NCBI GenBank assembly: GCA_047285535.1
Contig: JBJBDC010000001.1
Location: 288,136 to 352,135 of the forward strand
Direction: 5' to 3'
DNA length: 64,000 bases
Source: Synechococcus sp.
Lineage (GTDB): Bacteria > Cyanobacteriota > Cyanobacteriia > PCC-6307 > Cyanobiaceae
Position 1 is the stretch's first letter. The number at the start of each line of letters is the position of its first letter. Shown piece by piece: positions 10,816-19,700 of the stretch. Position numbers and translations under genes: made by a program. The notes below the pieces were generated by a model. That model did not search any database. It worked only from the letters and a program-made list of their open reading frames with translations, and was not told where the DNA came from.

Positions 10816-11649
10816 ATGGCGGTGTTGCAGCTTCGCCTGCTGATTGACGTTTTCTGCGCCTCTGCTCTTGGTTTTCTTCTCTTCACCAGGGTCAATGAGC
10901 AGCGAACCCTGTGGTTATTGCGGGGTTATCTGTTCCTGGTTGCTCTCGCTTGGTTCGTTAAACGGTTTTTCAACCTTCCGCTTACATCGACTTTAGTCGA
11001 TGCACTTGTTCTCGCTTGTTCGCTTTCTTTGGCCATTCTGTGGCAGGGAGAATTGCGTCGTTTGATGGAACTTCTCGGTACTGGAAAACTTGCTGTTCTT
11101 CTTGGTAACCCTCAAAGCAAGCTGAGAACTACAGCAAGCACAGTGGCGCAATTAACAGAAGCCGCTGGTCGGTTATCTAAATCTCGTCGTGGTGCTCTGA
11201 TTGTGGTTGATCTAGGCAGCGATCTTCGTCCCGAGGACTTTCTGAATCAAGGAGTCACTGTTGATGCTCAGTTGAGCACAGAATTGTTGCTTAATCTTTT
11301 TGCCTCCGATACTCCGCTCCATGATGGCGCAGTGTTGTTGAAGGGAAATCGGATTGTTTCCGCTGGTGTCATTCTGCCATTGTCACGTCAGGGAATCAGT
11401 CGCTACGGCACTAGGCATCTTGCGGCTCTGGGTATCACCGAAAGGTTCGATCGATGCATCTGCGTCGTCGTGTCTGAAGAAACAGGAACGTTGTCTCTTG
11501 CCAATCAGGGGAAGCTTGAACGCCCGATCACCAGTTCGCGTCTTCAGGATCTTCTCACCAATTTGATGGCGGTCTCGGTGTCCTTGACATCAACTAAATC
11601 CGCTTCTGCACTTAGCGTGAAGAAAGGTTCTCAGGAATCATTGTCTTGA
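10816..11649 (+). CDS. cdaA: Diadenylate cyclase CdaA (N-terminal TM helices plus DAC domain)
   Basis: WQGELRR, RRGALIV, PLHDGA, GTRHLAA and VVSEETG; lysA-cdaA-uppS gene order. Confidence 0.94.
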   Translation: MAVLQLRLLIDVFCASALGFLLFTRVNEQRTLWLLRGYLFLVALAWFVKRFFNLPLTSTLVDALVLACSLSLAILWQGELRRLMELLGTGKLAVLLGNPQSKLRTTASTVAQLTEAAGRLSKSRRGALIVVDLGSDLRPEDFLNQGVTVDAQLSTELLLNLFASDTPLHDGAVLLKGNRIVSAGVILPLSRQGISRYGTRHLAALGITERFDRCICVVVSEETGTLSLANQGKLERPITSSRLQDLLTNLMAVSVSLTSTKSASALSVKKGSQESLS

Positions 11650-12419
11650 GTCGTCGCTTGACCACTAGTTCAGACCAATCTCGTATTGAGGCTTGTCCTG
11701 TCGAGATCGACCCCGTACGACTACCTCGTCACGTGGCCGTGATTATGGATGGCAATGGACGTTGGGCACAATCCAGAGGTTTGCCGCGCGTCATGGGGCA
11801 TCGCGCTGGTGTTGAGGCGCTCAAAGCCACCCTGCGTCGATGCAGCGATTGGGGGGTCAAGGCTCTCACCGCTTATGCCTTTTCTACGGAGAACTGGTCA
11901 AGGCCTGGTGATGAAGTGAACTTTTTGATGATGTTGTTTGAGCGCGTGCTCGAGCGTGAGCTTCAGGCTTTAGAGGCTGAAAGAGTTCGTATTCGCTTTT
12001 TGGGTGATCTTGAGCCCCTGCCATTGCGCCTTCAGTCTTTGATTGAAGAGGCGACAAAGAGAACCGAAAGCAACGAAGGGATTCATTTCAACGTGTGCAC
12101 AAATTATGGAGGACGGCATGAGCTAGTGATTGCAGCTAGAAGGCTTGCAGAACGCGCCGCTAGGGGAGAGTTAGATCCTTCTCATATCAACGAACAAACC
12201 CTTGCCTGCGAGCTCTTCACCGCTGGGGAAATGGATCCGGATCTTTTGATTCGCACCAGCGGTGAATATCGAATCAGCAATTTTCTGCTTTGGCAGCTTG
12301 CTTATGCCGAAATCCACGTCACGGAGGTTCTCTGGCCTGATTTTGATCGTGAGGCGTTGATTAGAGCATTTCAGGATTATCAAAATCGAACCCGTCGCTT
12401 CGGGGGGTTGGTGGTCTAA
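11646..12419 (+). CDS. uppS: Undecaprenyl diphosphate synthase (cis-prenyltransferase)
   Basis: [22 protein letters not shown] and [19 protein letters not shown]. Confidence 0.97.
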   Translation: MSRRLTTSSDQSRIEACPVEIDPVRLPRHVAVIMDGNGRWAQSRGLPRVMGHRAGVEALKATLRRCSDWGVKALTAYAFSTENWSRPGDEVNFLMMLFERVLERELQALEAERVRIRFLGDLEPLPLRLQSLIEEATKRTESNEGIHFNVCTNYGGRHELVIAARRLAERAARGELDPSHINEQTLACELFTAGEMDPDLLIRTSGEYRISNFLLWQLAYAEIHVTEVLWPDFDREALIRAFQDYQNRTRRFGGLVV

Positions 12420-12467
12420 TGGCCAATCCTCTGGGATCCTGAATGTTCGAGGTTCTTCTCAGGGTTG

Positions 12468-13445
12468 ATGACGGAAGCGGTCCAACTGCGCCATGACTGG
12501 TCGCGAGGCGAAATTGAAGAGCTTCTCAATCTTCCCCTGATGGATTTGCTTTGGCGTGCCCAAGGGGTGCATCGATCGTTCAATCCTGGCTATCACGTTC
12601 AGTTGGCATCACTTCTCAGTGTCAAAACAGGTGGTTGCGAAGAAGACTGTGCCTACTGCCCTCAATCGATGCATCACAGCAGTGATGTCACAGGTCAGCC
12701 TGAATTACAGGTTGATCCTGTTTTAGAGCGTGCCAAAGCTGCCAAGAAGGCTGGTGCGGACCGGTTTTGTATGGGTTGGGCTTGGCGTGAAATACGCGAC
12801 GGTGCCCCATTCGACGCCATGTTGAAGATGGTGCGTGGCGTGCGTGCTTTGGGAATGGAAGCCTGTGTTACAGCCGGGATGCTCACCGATGAGCAAGCGA
12901 AACGTCTCGCTGAGGCGGGTCTAACGGCCTACAACCACAACCTCGACACCAGTCCTGAGCATTACGACAAAATTATTACCACTCGGACCTTCCAAGAACG
13001 TTTGGAGACGCTTGAGCGTGTGCGACATGCTGGTGTGACCCTTTGCTGCGGCGGGATCATTGGCATGGGGGAAACCGTGGCAGACCGCGCCTCCATGCTG
13101 CAGGTGCTGGCATCGATCAAGCCCCATCCAGAAAGCGTCCCGATTAACGCCTTGGTAGCGGTGGAGGGCACACCGCTCGAGGAACTCCCTCCCATCGATC
13201 CCATCGAATTGGTTCGCATGATTGCCGTCACCAGGATCCTGATGCCAGGTAGTCGCGTTCGCCTGAGTGCGGGTCGGGAACAGCTCAGCCAGGAGGCTCA
13301 AATTTTGTGTTTGCAGGCTGGTGCGGATTCGATTTTTTATGGCGAAACGCTCCTTACAACAGGCAACCCCGCTGTAGAAGCTGACCGTGAGCTGCTTCGC
13401 ACTGCCGGTGTGCAGGCCAACTGGAACACCCCTGCGGCCGCCTGA
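12468..13445 (+). CDS. bioB: Biotin synthase
   Basis: Radical [25 protein letters not shown] and RLSAGR. Confidence 0.97.
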   Translation: MTEAVQLRHDWSRGEIEELLNLPLMDLLWRAQGVHRSFNPGYHVQLASLLSVKTGGCEEDCAYCPQSMHHSSDVTGQPELQVDPVLERAKAAKKAGADRFCMGWAWREIRDGAPFDAMLKMVRGVRALGMEACVTAGMLTDEQAKRLAEAGLTAYNHNLDTSPEHYDKIITTRTFQERLETLERVRHAGVTLCCGGIIGMGETVADRASMLQVLASIKPHPESVPINALVAVEGTPLEELPPIDPIELVRMIAVTRILMPGSRVRLSAGREQLSQEAQILCLQAGADSIFYGETLLTTGNPAVEADRELLRTAGVQANWNTPAAA

Positions 13446-14398
13446 TGGAACCTGCGATGGGAGCAAATGAGATCAAGGGTGATCTGCTTGTTGCGGCGTT
13501 TTACGCCTTCACTCCTTTGGCTGAGGCGAATCAACAGCAGCTGCTCACCGCTCTCCCTCCCCTGGCGCAGACTGAAACCGTTCTCGGGTCCGTGTTGATC
13601 GCTGCTGAAGGTGTGAACGGCACGGTCTGTGGTCCTCCGTCTGGCGTGGAGCGCCTGCTCGACCTCTTACGCAGCCAACTTCTGCTTGGCGATGCCCATT
13701 ACGAGCGTCTGGAGGTGAAGCGCAGCTGGAATCCCCATCAAGTTTTTCGGCGTTTTAAGGCCAGGAGCAAGCGAGAGATCGTGACGCTTGGACGACCTCA
13801 AGTGGATCCTCGAGACAGTGTTGGCACCTATGTGGATCCTCAAGACTGGAATGCCTTGATTGATGATCCCGACACTTTGGTGATCGATGCGCGTAACAGC
13901 TATGAGGTGGCGATCGGCAGTTTTGTGGGGGCCTTGAATCCGCAAACTCAGAGCTTCCGAGATTTTCCTAACTGGGTGGATCAGAAGCTTCGTCCTCGCG
14001 TTGCCCAGGAGGCCCCGCAGCGGATTGCCATGTTTTGCACTGGAGGCATCCGCTGTGAAAAGGCCAGCAGTTTTCTGCAACAGCAGGGATTCGGCGAAGT
14101 GCATCATTTGCGTGGCGGCATTCTTCGCTATCTCGAAGAGGTTCCAGAGCAGAACAGCCGTTGGCAAGGGGAGTGTTTTGTGTTCGATCAGCGCGTTGCC
14201 CTCAATCATCAGTTGGAACGAGGTGACTACTGCCTTTGCCATGCCTGCGGTTTGCCGGTTTCGTCAGAGCAGCAGACTCTGCCGAGCTACATCAAGGGAG
14301 TGCAGTGTTTGCATTGCATCGACCAATTCACAGATGCAGATCGCAGAAGATTTGCAATGCGCCAACGGCAGATCGACCAGCTCGCTGCCCAGGGCTAG
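13445..14398 (+). CDS. trhO: Rhodanese-domain protein, TrhO/YceA family (tRNA uridine-34 hydroxylase-like)
   Basis: AEGVNGT, DARNSYE, FCTGGIRCEKAS, GGILRYLE, GECFVFDQRV and a C-terminal CHAC...CLHC. Confidence 0.88.
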   Translation: MEPAMGANEIKGDLLVAAFYAFTPLAEANQQQLLTALPPLAQTETVLGSVLIAAEGVNGTVCGPPSGVERLLDLLRSQLLLGDAHYERLEVKRSWNPHQVFRRFKARSKREIVTLGRPQVDPRDSVGTYVDPQDWNALIDDPDTLVIDARNSYEVAIGSFVGALNPQTQSFRDFPNWVDQKLRPRVAQEAPQRIAMFCTGGIRCEKASSFLQQQGFGEVHHLRGGILRYLEEVPEQNSRWQGECFVFDQRVALNHQLERGDYCLCHACGLPVSSEQQTLPSYIKGVQCLHCIDQFTDADRRRFAMRQRQIDQLAAQG

Positions 14399-14433
14399 TG
14401 CTTCAGTGGCCATGACTTGCGTTCAGGCTTCGC

Positions 14434-15411
14434 TTGCTGCCAATCCTTTACAGCTTTCGCCGTTGTCCCTATGCGATGCGTGCTCGCTGGGCCCTGCTCG
14501 AGGCAGGTCTCATCGTGCAGTTGAGAGAAATTCAACTCAAGGCCAAGCCTGCAGCGATGCTGGAGGCCTCTCCTAAGGGCACGGTTCCGGTTCTGGTCTT
14601 CGCTGACGGCAGCGTGATCGATGAGAGTTTGGCAATCATGCACTGGGCCTTTCGGCAGGCTGATCCTCGTGGCGTATTGGAGGCGAAGCAATCGATCGTC
14701 TTGATTAAAGAAAATGATGGGTTGTTTAAGCATCATCTTGATCGTTTCAAGTACACCGATCGCTATCCGGGAGCCTCAAAGGAGGAGCATCGCCAGGCGG
14801 GTCTGCTGATCCTGCGCAGCTGGAGCGAACGCATCAGCAGGAATGGCTGGTTGCTTGCCGATCGCATGGCGTTGGCGGATGCGGCCCTATGGCCGTTTGT
14901 ACGGCAGTGGCGTCTTGCCGATGTTGCTGGGTTTGATGCTGATCCTCACTTGGCACCATTGCGGCAGTGGCTTAGGCGCTTTCTCGAGGACCCGATGATG
15001 GAACGGCTAATGCAACGTGCTGATCCCTGGTTGCCAGGTGGAATGCAACCGAATTTTCCTGCTGATGCGATTGCGATTCCCATGGACCAACCGTTGTTTC
15101 ATCTCGCCTTGGAGTCCGATTGGCAGGCGGCTCTAGAGCAAGGCGACTATCGGGTTTCAACGCGAGGCTTGTCCCTTGAGCAGGTGGGATTCATTCATTT
15201 GTCTTGGCAAGAGCAGGTGCAAGCCACGTTTGACAGGTTTTATGCCGACGCTGATGCAGTGCTGATGCTCAGAATCAATCCGAAGATGGTGTCTGTTCCT
15301 TTGCGGGCAGATGCCAGCCATACAGGCGAGCTCTTCCCGCATCTGTATGGCCCGCTTCCCATTGCCTCGGTGGTCGAGGCGAGTTCTTTTCCTTCTCTGC
15401 CAGCGTGCTGA
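14434..15411 (+). CDS. Glutathione S-transferase-like protein fused to a C-terminal DUF952 domain
   Basis: GST part: YSFRRCPYAMRAR, GTVPVL, DESLAI. DUF952 part: LFHLA, GFIHLS, FPHLYGPL. Confidence 0.82.
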   Translation: MLPILYSFRRCPYAMRARWALLEAGLIVQLREIQLKAKPAAMLEASPKGTVPVLVFADGSVIDESLAIMHWAFRQADPRGVLEAKQSIVLIKENDGLFKHHLDRFKYTDRYPGASKEEHRQAGLLILRSWSERISRNGWLLADRMALADAALWPFVRQWRLADVAGFDADPHLAPLRQWLRRFLEDPMMERLMQRADPWLPGGMQPNFPADAIAIPMDQPLFHLALESDWQAALEQGDYRVSTRGLSLEQVGFIHLSWQEQVQATFDRFYADADAVLMLRINPKMVSVPLRADASHTGELFPHLYGPLPIASVVEASSFPSLPAC

Positions 15412-15914
15412 TGCTCAATGAATTAGAGGCTCAGGCGAGAGAGCGAGGCTTGCTGCTACGACTCAAGGTTGGACGCCCCCTAGGGCTGTGGAGTTTGCGC
15501 TTGGTTGTGGCTGAACAGCTGGCTGCTGATCGCTTGCAACTCCAAGGCGAGATGAAAGCCTGGGCCTATGGATCCACCAATGGATTGCAGCTCGATACGA
15601 TGCGTGTTCGTCCCCAAGCTCCTGCTGGAACAGGCGATTTGATCTGGGCTGCCACCATGGCTTGGGCGCTTGAGTCCACCCCTTGCCTGAGGGCCAGATT
15701 GTTGGCGATTCGCGATGCCGATGGCCAGCATCGGCGTTTGGTGCGCTACTTCCAGCAGCGGGGCTTCAACACGGTGCTTGAGGTGGAGGGAGCTGTTTGG
15801 GATTTGCCTCTGCGGATGGTTTGGGGCGGTGCTGGTTCGCTGATGACGGGTGATTGTGGCGACGTACAGCAGCGTGCTGCGCAGCGCTGGACGGCTCATT
15901 CATCCGCCGCGTGA
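15405..15914 (+). CDS. Conserved cyanobacterial hypothetical protein, possibly a degenerate GNAT fold
   Basis: Overlaps the upstream gene; LDTMRV...GTG and [12 protein letters not shown] resemble GNAT motifs A and B. Confidence 0.65.
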   Translation: MLMLNELEAQARERGLLLRLKVGRPLGLWSLRLVVAEQLAADRLQLQGEMKAWAYGSTNGLQLDTMRVRPQAPAGTGDLIWAATMAWALESTPCLRARLLAIRDADGQHRRLVRYFQQRGFNTVLEVEGAVWDLPLRMVWGGAGSLMTGDCGDVQQRAAQRWTAHSSAA

Positions 15915-16837
15915 TAGCTGCTTCGCACTAATGGTCCACTGCGCACTTGAGCAAACCCGAGGTCGGTGGCGATGGCACCAAGCTCTGCAAATTCCTTGGG
16001 GTCCCAGTATCGCGCTACAGGGATATGGGCCAAGGATGGTCTGAGGTACTGGCCGAGAGTGATGCGCTGACAGTCAACACTGCGTAGATCTTTGAGGGTG
16101 TCGACCACTTCGTCTTTGCTCTCACCCAAGCCAAGCATCAGCCCGCTTTTGGTTGGTATCGATGGGGCAAGTTTGCGGGCCGCGGCAAGCAGCCCAAGCG
16201 AGCGGGTGTAAGTCGCTCCACGGCGCACTTCGGCTTGGAGTCGTTTCACCGTTTCCAGATTGTGGTTGAAACAAACGGGCTGTGCCTGAAGAACGCGGGC
16301 TAGACGTTGCTGTTGAGCCTGGAGTGCTTTGGCTGGATCGGCTACACCGCCCCAGAAGTCTGGTGTGAGCACCTCGATGGCGATGCCAGGATGGCGGGCA
16401 CGGATCGCCGCCATCGCGTTCGTGAACAAGCTGGCCCCATGGTCTTCCAGGTCATCGCGGGCTACGGCCGTGAGGACCACGTAGCGCAGTCCCATGCGAA
16501 GCACGGCTTCTGCGACCCGTTCCCCTTCTTCAGGGTTCACCGCTTCGGGTGAGCGTCCTTTATCCACTTGGCAGAACGCACAACTACGGGTGCAGATGGA
16601 GCCACCCAGCAAAAAGGTTGCGGTACCGGCTGCATAACACTCCCCTCGATTGGGGCAGCGGCCTTCCTCACAAATGGTGTGCAAACCATTGTGTTTGACC
16701 AGGGTTTGCACCTGTTCGATGGACGACGCATTGCCAATGGGCCGTCTCAACCATTCCGGCAAACGCTCATTGGGCCGTATTTCGCTGTAACGGCTCATGC
16801 TTCTCTTCCTATCCGCGTTCCTGGGAGTTTCATTCAA
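15896..16837 (-). CDS. lipA: Lipoyl synthase
   Basis: [12 protein letters not shown] (CX4CX5C), [15 protein letters not shown] and RSSY. The start could be 16798. Confidence 0.97.
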   Translation of the reverse strand: MNETPRNADRKRSMSRYSEIRPNERLPEWLRRPIGNASSIEQVQTLVKHNGLHTICEEGRCPNRGECYAAGTATFLLGGSICTRSCAFCQVDKGRSPEAVNPEEGERVAEAVLRMGLRYVVLTAVARDDLEDHGASLFTNAMAAIRARHPGIAIEVLTPDFWGGVADPAKALQAQQQRLARVLQAQPVCFNHNLETVKRLQAEVRRGATYTRSLGLLAAARKLAPSIPTKSGLMLGLGESKDEVVDTLKDLRSVDCQRITLGQYLRPSLAHIPVARYWDPKEFAELGAIATDLGFAQVRSGPLVRSSYHAADE

Positions 16838-17429
16838 CGGCTCGACGGCCTTCGAGAGCGCGACTCAAGGTGACGTCGTCGGCATATTCAAGTTCGCTGC
16901 CAACAGGAAGGCCGTAGGCGATGCGACTCACTTTTGTGAAAGGTTTGAGCAATCGGGCGACATAGAGGCTGGTGGTATCACCTTCCACGCTTGGAGTGAG
17001 CGCAAGGATCACTTCTTTGATTTCGTCTGCCGCAACCCTTTGAACAAGGCTGCTGACCTGCAGCATTTCTGGGCCGATGCCATCCATTGGGGAGATCAGA
17101 CCTCCGAGTACATGGTAGTAACCGGCATATTCCCGGGTGCGTTCGAGGGCGAGTAGATCCCTTGAATCGGCCACCACGCAGAGCAAACCATTGGCGCGGT
17201 CAGGATTTCGGCAGATTTCACAGATCGGTTCGGCGCTGAGATGGAAACAGCTTTGGCATTGCCCTACCTGACGTCTTGCTGCCAGCAGAGCATTAGCAAA
17301 GCTCTGAATTTGTTCTTCTGGTTGGCGCAGCAAATGCAGAGCCAGCCTTTGTGCTGTCCGTGGACCGATACCAGGGAGACGTTCAAACTGGTCGATCAAC
17401 CGGGCTAACGGTCGGGTGAAGCCGCTCAG
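16830..17429 (-). CDS. recR: Recombination mediator RecR (likely CTG start at 17429)
   Basis: [13 protein letters not shown]hH motif, C4 zinc finger, YHVLGG and EGDTT toprim. The frame extends upstream to (M)[12 protein letters not shown]. Confidence 0.95.
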   Translation of the reverse strand: MSGFTRPLARLIDQFERLPGIGPRTAQRLALHLLRQPEEQIQSFANALLAARRQVGQCQSCFHLSAEPICEICRNPDRANGLLCVVADSRDLLALERTREYAGYYHVLGGLISPMDGIGPEMLQVSSLVQRVAADEIKEVILALTPSVEGDTTSLYVARLLKPFTKVSRIAYGLPVGSELEYADDVTLSRALEGRRAVE

Positions 17430-17492
17430 AACTTTTCTCCAAGTGTCTGAAATCTAAGCAAGTTGATCTCCGGGCAGAATGAAATGGTTTGA

Positions 17493-18059
17493 ATGAACGA
17501 TTCGATGCGCTTCCAGCTGCAAGTTCCGCTCCGATTGCTTCTCAGCGTTTTCTGTGTAGTAGCACTAACCGCTTGCAGTGGTGCTGGAGGTGGTCTGAAT
17601 TCGTTTCAGAGCCCAGATGGGAGGTTTGCCTTTCTCTATCCCAATGGTTGGACGCGGGTGGCTGTGACAGGTGGCCCCACCGTTGTGTTTCATGATTTGA
17701 TCAATAGTGATGAAACAGTGAGCCTTGTCATTTCAAATGTAGAGGCCGATAACGATCTTCAGAAACTGGGAAGTGCTGTCGCGGTTGGTGAACGTTTGCG
17801 TCGTGATGTCATCGCCCCAGATGGAAGCGGTAGAAACGCAGAGCTGATCGAGGCGAGTGAACGGGAGGCCTCTGGCCACATGTTCTACGATTTGGAGTAC
17901 GCCGTTCATCTTCAGGACCGCGATCGTCATGAGCTAGCCACCGTTGTGGTGGATCGTGGACGTTTGTACACCCTGGCGGCTAGCACCAACGAAAGCCGAT
18001 GGCCTCGGGTTAAAGATTTGTTTGAATCCGTCATTACATCGTTTACTTTGTTGATCTGA
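17493..18059 (+). CDS. psbP: PsbP-like lipoprotein (CyanoP)
   Basis: Lipobox LTAC, then FLYPNGW, VFHDLI and GRLYTL. Confidence 0.88.
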   Translation: MNDSMRFQLQVPLRLLLSVFCVVALTACSGAGGGLNSFQSPDGRFAFLYPNGWTRVAVTGGPTVVFHDLINSDETVSLVISNVEADNDLQKLGSAVAVGERLRRDVIAPDGSGRNAELIEASEREASGHMFYDLEYAVHLQDRDRHELATVVVDRGRLYTLAASTNESRWPRVKDLFESVITSFTLLI

Positions 18060-18098
18060 TCTGCGAATCATTGATTCACTGATCAGATCAACAAAGTA
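18044..18098. repeat. Perfect 18-bp inverted repeat with an inner palindrome, overlapping the psbP stop
   Basis: TACTTTGTTGATCTGATC (18044-18061) and GATCAGATCAACAAAGTA (18081-18098); inner GAATCA-T-TGATTC. Confidence 0.85.
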
Positions 18099-18190
18099 TT
18101 TAGGTTAACGTTGTCAAGTCTGATCAAAAAACTGATGACAGAGTCTCTTTTTCCCTTGATTTGTTTTACGATGGGTAATCACTAGAGATA

Positions 18191-19504
18191 TTGATGTTGT
18201 CTCTAACGTCATTTCGAAAAATAAAACATCGTTGGGATGGTCTCAATGACCATCAACAGGTTGCTGCCTGCTTGGCTGGTATCGGTGGATTGTTGACGGC
18301 TTGGTTGGTGTTGTGGCCTGTTCCTACACAGGTTCAAGGTAAAGGTGTTTTGATCTATCCAAATAATGCCGGTGTTTTGAATGCCAGATCTGCTGGACAG
18401 GTTCTGAATATTGATGTGCGAGTGGGTGATCGAGTCAGGAAAAATCAGGTGTTAATGACGCTTTATTTGCCCGAGCTTGAACGTGAGTTAGAGCAACAGA
18501 AGGGCAACTTGAAGCAGCTCCAAAAGCAAAATGTTGAGTTGGATAAGCGCGACGCTTTGAGAATCGACACTGCTCGCCAGGCTCTCGACACCACCCTTGC
18601 CAAGCTCACAGATGATGAGCAACGTCTTGGTGAACTCCAGAGCACCTTCGCAGCCAAGCTTGAAAATCTAAGTTGGTTGTCACGTCGAGCCGTTGTAGCT
18701 CCACTGTCCAGTGATGTTGTGGCAGCGCAGCAGGGATTGACAAGCACCAGCGTTGCATTGGATGACCTCAAGATTCAACGAAAAGAGGCACTCACTACCT
18801 TCCAACAGATCAAGTTGGATGTTGAAACGGAACAGTTCGATCGCACTTTTCAGATTGATGATCTCATGCGTCAAATTCGCGTGAGTGAGGCGAAAATTGC
18901 ATTCGATGGCACGATCACTGCCCAGCGCGATGGCCGTGTGTTGGATCTTCAGGTGATTGCCGGTCAGACCATCAAAATGGGTGATCGCCTTGGCACTATT
19001 GGTCGTGGTGAGGTTGCATCAGGTAAGAGTCCCGATCTGATCGCTGTTTCTTATTTTCAACCTGCCGATGCTCGCCGGCTTCCCCTAGGACTACCCGTTG
19101 AGGTCGTCCCGCGTTGGAACCAACGTGGTCGTTTTGGCGGAATTGAAGGCAAGGTAACCAATGTTCTTCCTTTGCCATCAACACTGGAGGATATATCCAC
19201 CACAACAGGTAATTCACAGCTGGCCAGGGACTTGGCTGGAGATGGTCCGGTCATGCGAACTGAGATCAGCCTTCTTCGAGAATCTCAGTCTGATGACGGC
19301 TATCTCTGGACGCTTTCTGATGGCAGTGGTGTGTTCCCGATCCGTGATGGTTTGACGGTTGACACGTTTGCCTATGTCGAATGGCGATCTCCGATTACCT
19401 ATGTGTTGCCTGGGCTGCGTTCGCTAACAGGTGGTTACCGCACATTCAGGATTGATCGCGTGTTTGATTTACCTTTCCTGCGACAACCCGACACTCTTCC
19501 CTGA
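18191..19504 (+). CDS. HlyD-family membrane fusion protein, NHLP/bacteriocin-secretion type
   Basis: N-terminal TM, VPTQVQGKGVLI, a lipoyl-like half motif, a long coiled coil, GGIEGKV and C-terminal SPITYVLP. Confidence 0.85.
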   Translation: MMLSLTSFRKIKHRWDGLNDHQQVAACLAGIGGLLTAWLVLWPVPTQVQGKGVLIYPNNAGVLNARSAGQVLNIDVRVGDRVRKNQVLMTLYLPELERELEQQKGNLKQLQKQNVELDKRDALRIDTARQALDTTLAKLTDDEQRLGELQSTFAAKLENLSWLSRRAVVAPLSSDVVAAQQGLTSTSVALDDLKIQRKEALTTFQQIKLDVETEQFDRTFQIDDLMRQIRVSEAKIAFDGTITAQRDGRVLDLQVIAGQTIKMGDRLGTIGRGEVASGKSPDLIAVSYFQPADARRLPLGLPVEVVPRWNQRGRFGGIEGKVTNVLPLPSTLEDISTTTGNSQLARDLAGDGPVMRTEISLLRESQSDDGYLWTLSDGSGVFPIRDGLTVDTFAYVEWRSPITYVLPGLRSLTGGYRTFRIDRVFDLPFLRQPDTLP

Positions 19505-19517
19505 GTCCTTTCTCGCT

Positions 19518-19688
19518 ATGTCAATGCGACCATTGTTGAAACAAGAAATCCCTTGGCTGATTGCTGAGATCGTTTTGCTGATCATCTTGTTGAATGCTAA
19601 TCCTCCTGAATTGTGGTTTTGGTTTGTCGTCTTTTTAGTGGTTTTTGGTTATCGGATTGAGCGTTGGTGGTCGTCGCGTGCTGATTAG
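19518..19688 (+). CDS. 56-aa membrane protein with two hydrophobic segments
   Basis: MSMRPLLKQEIPWLIAEIVLLIILLNANPPELWFWFVVFLVVFGYRIERWWSSRAD; starts 13 bp after the HlyD stop. Confidence 0.7.
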   Translation: MSMRPLLKQEIPWLIAEIVLLIILLNANPPELWFWFVVFLVVFGYRIERWWSSRAD

Positions 19689-19700
19689 TCGATTTGGTAT

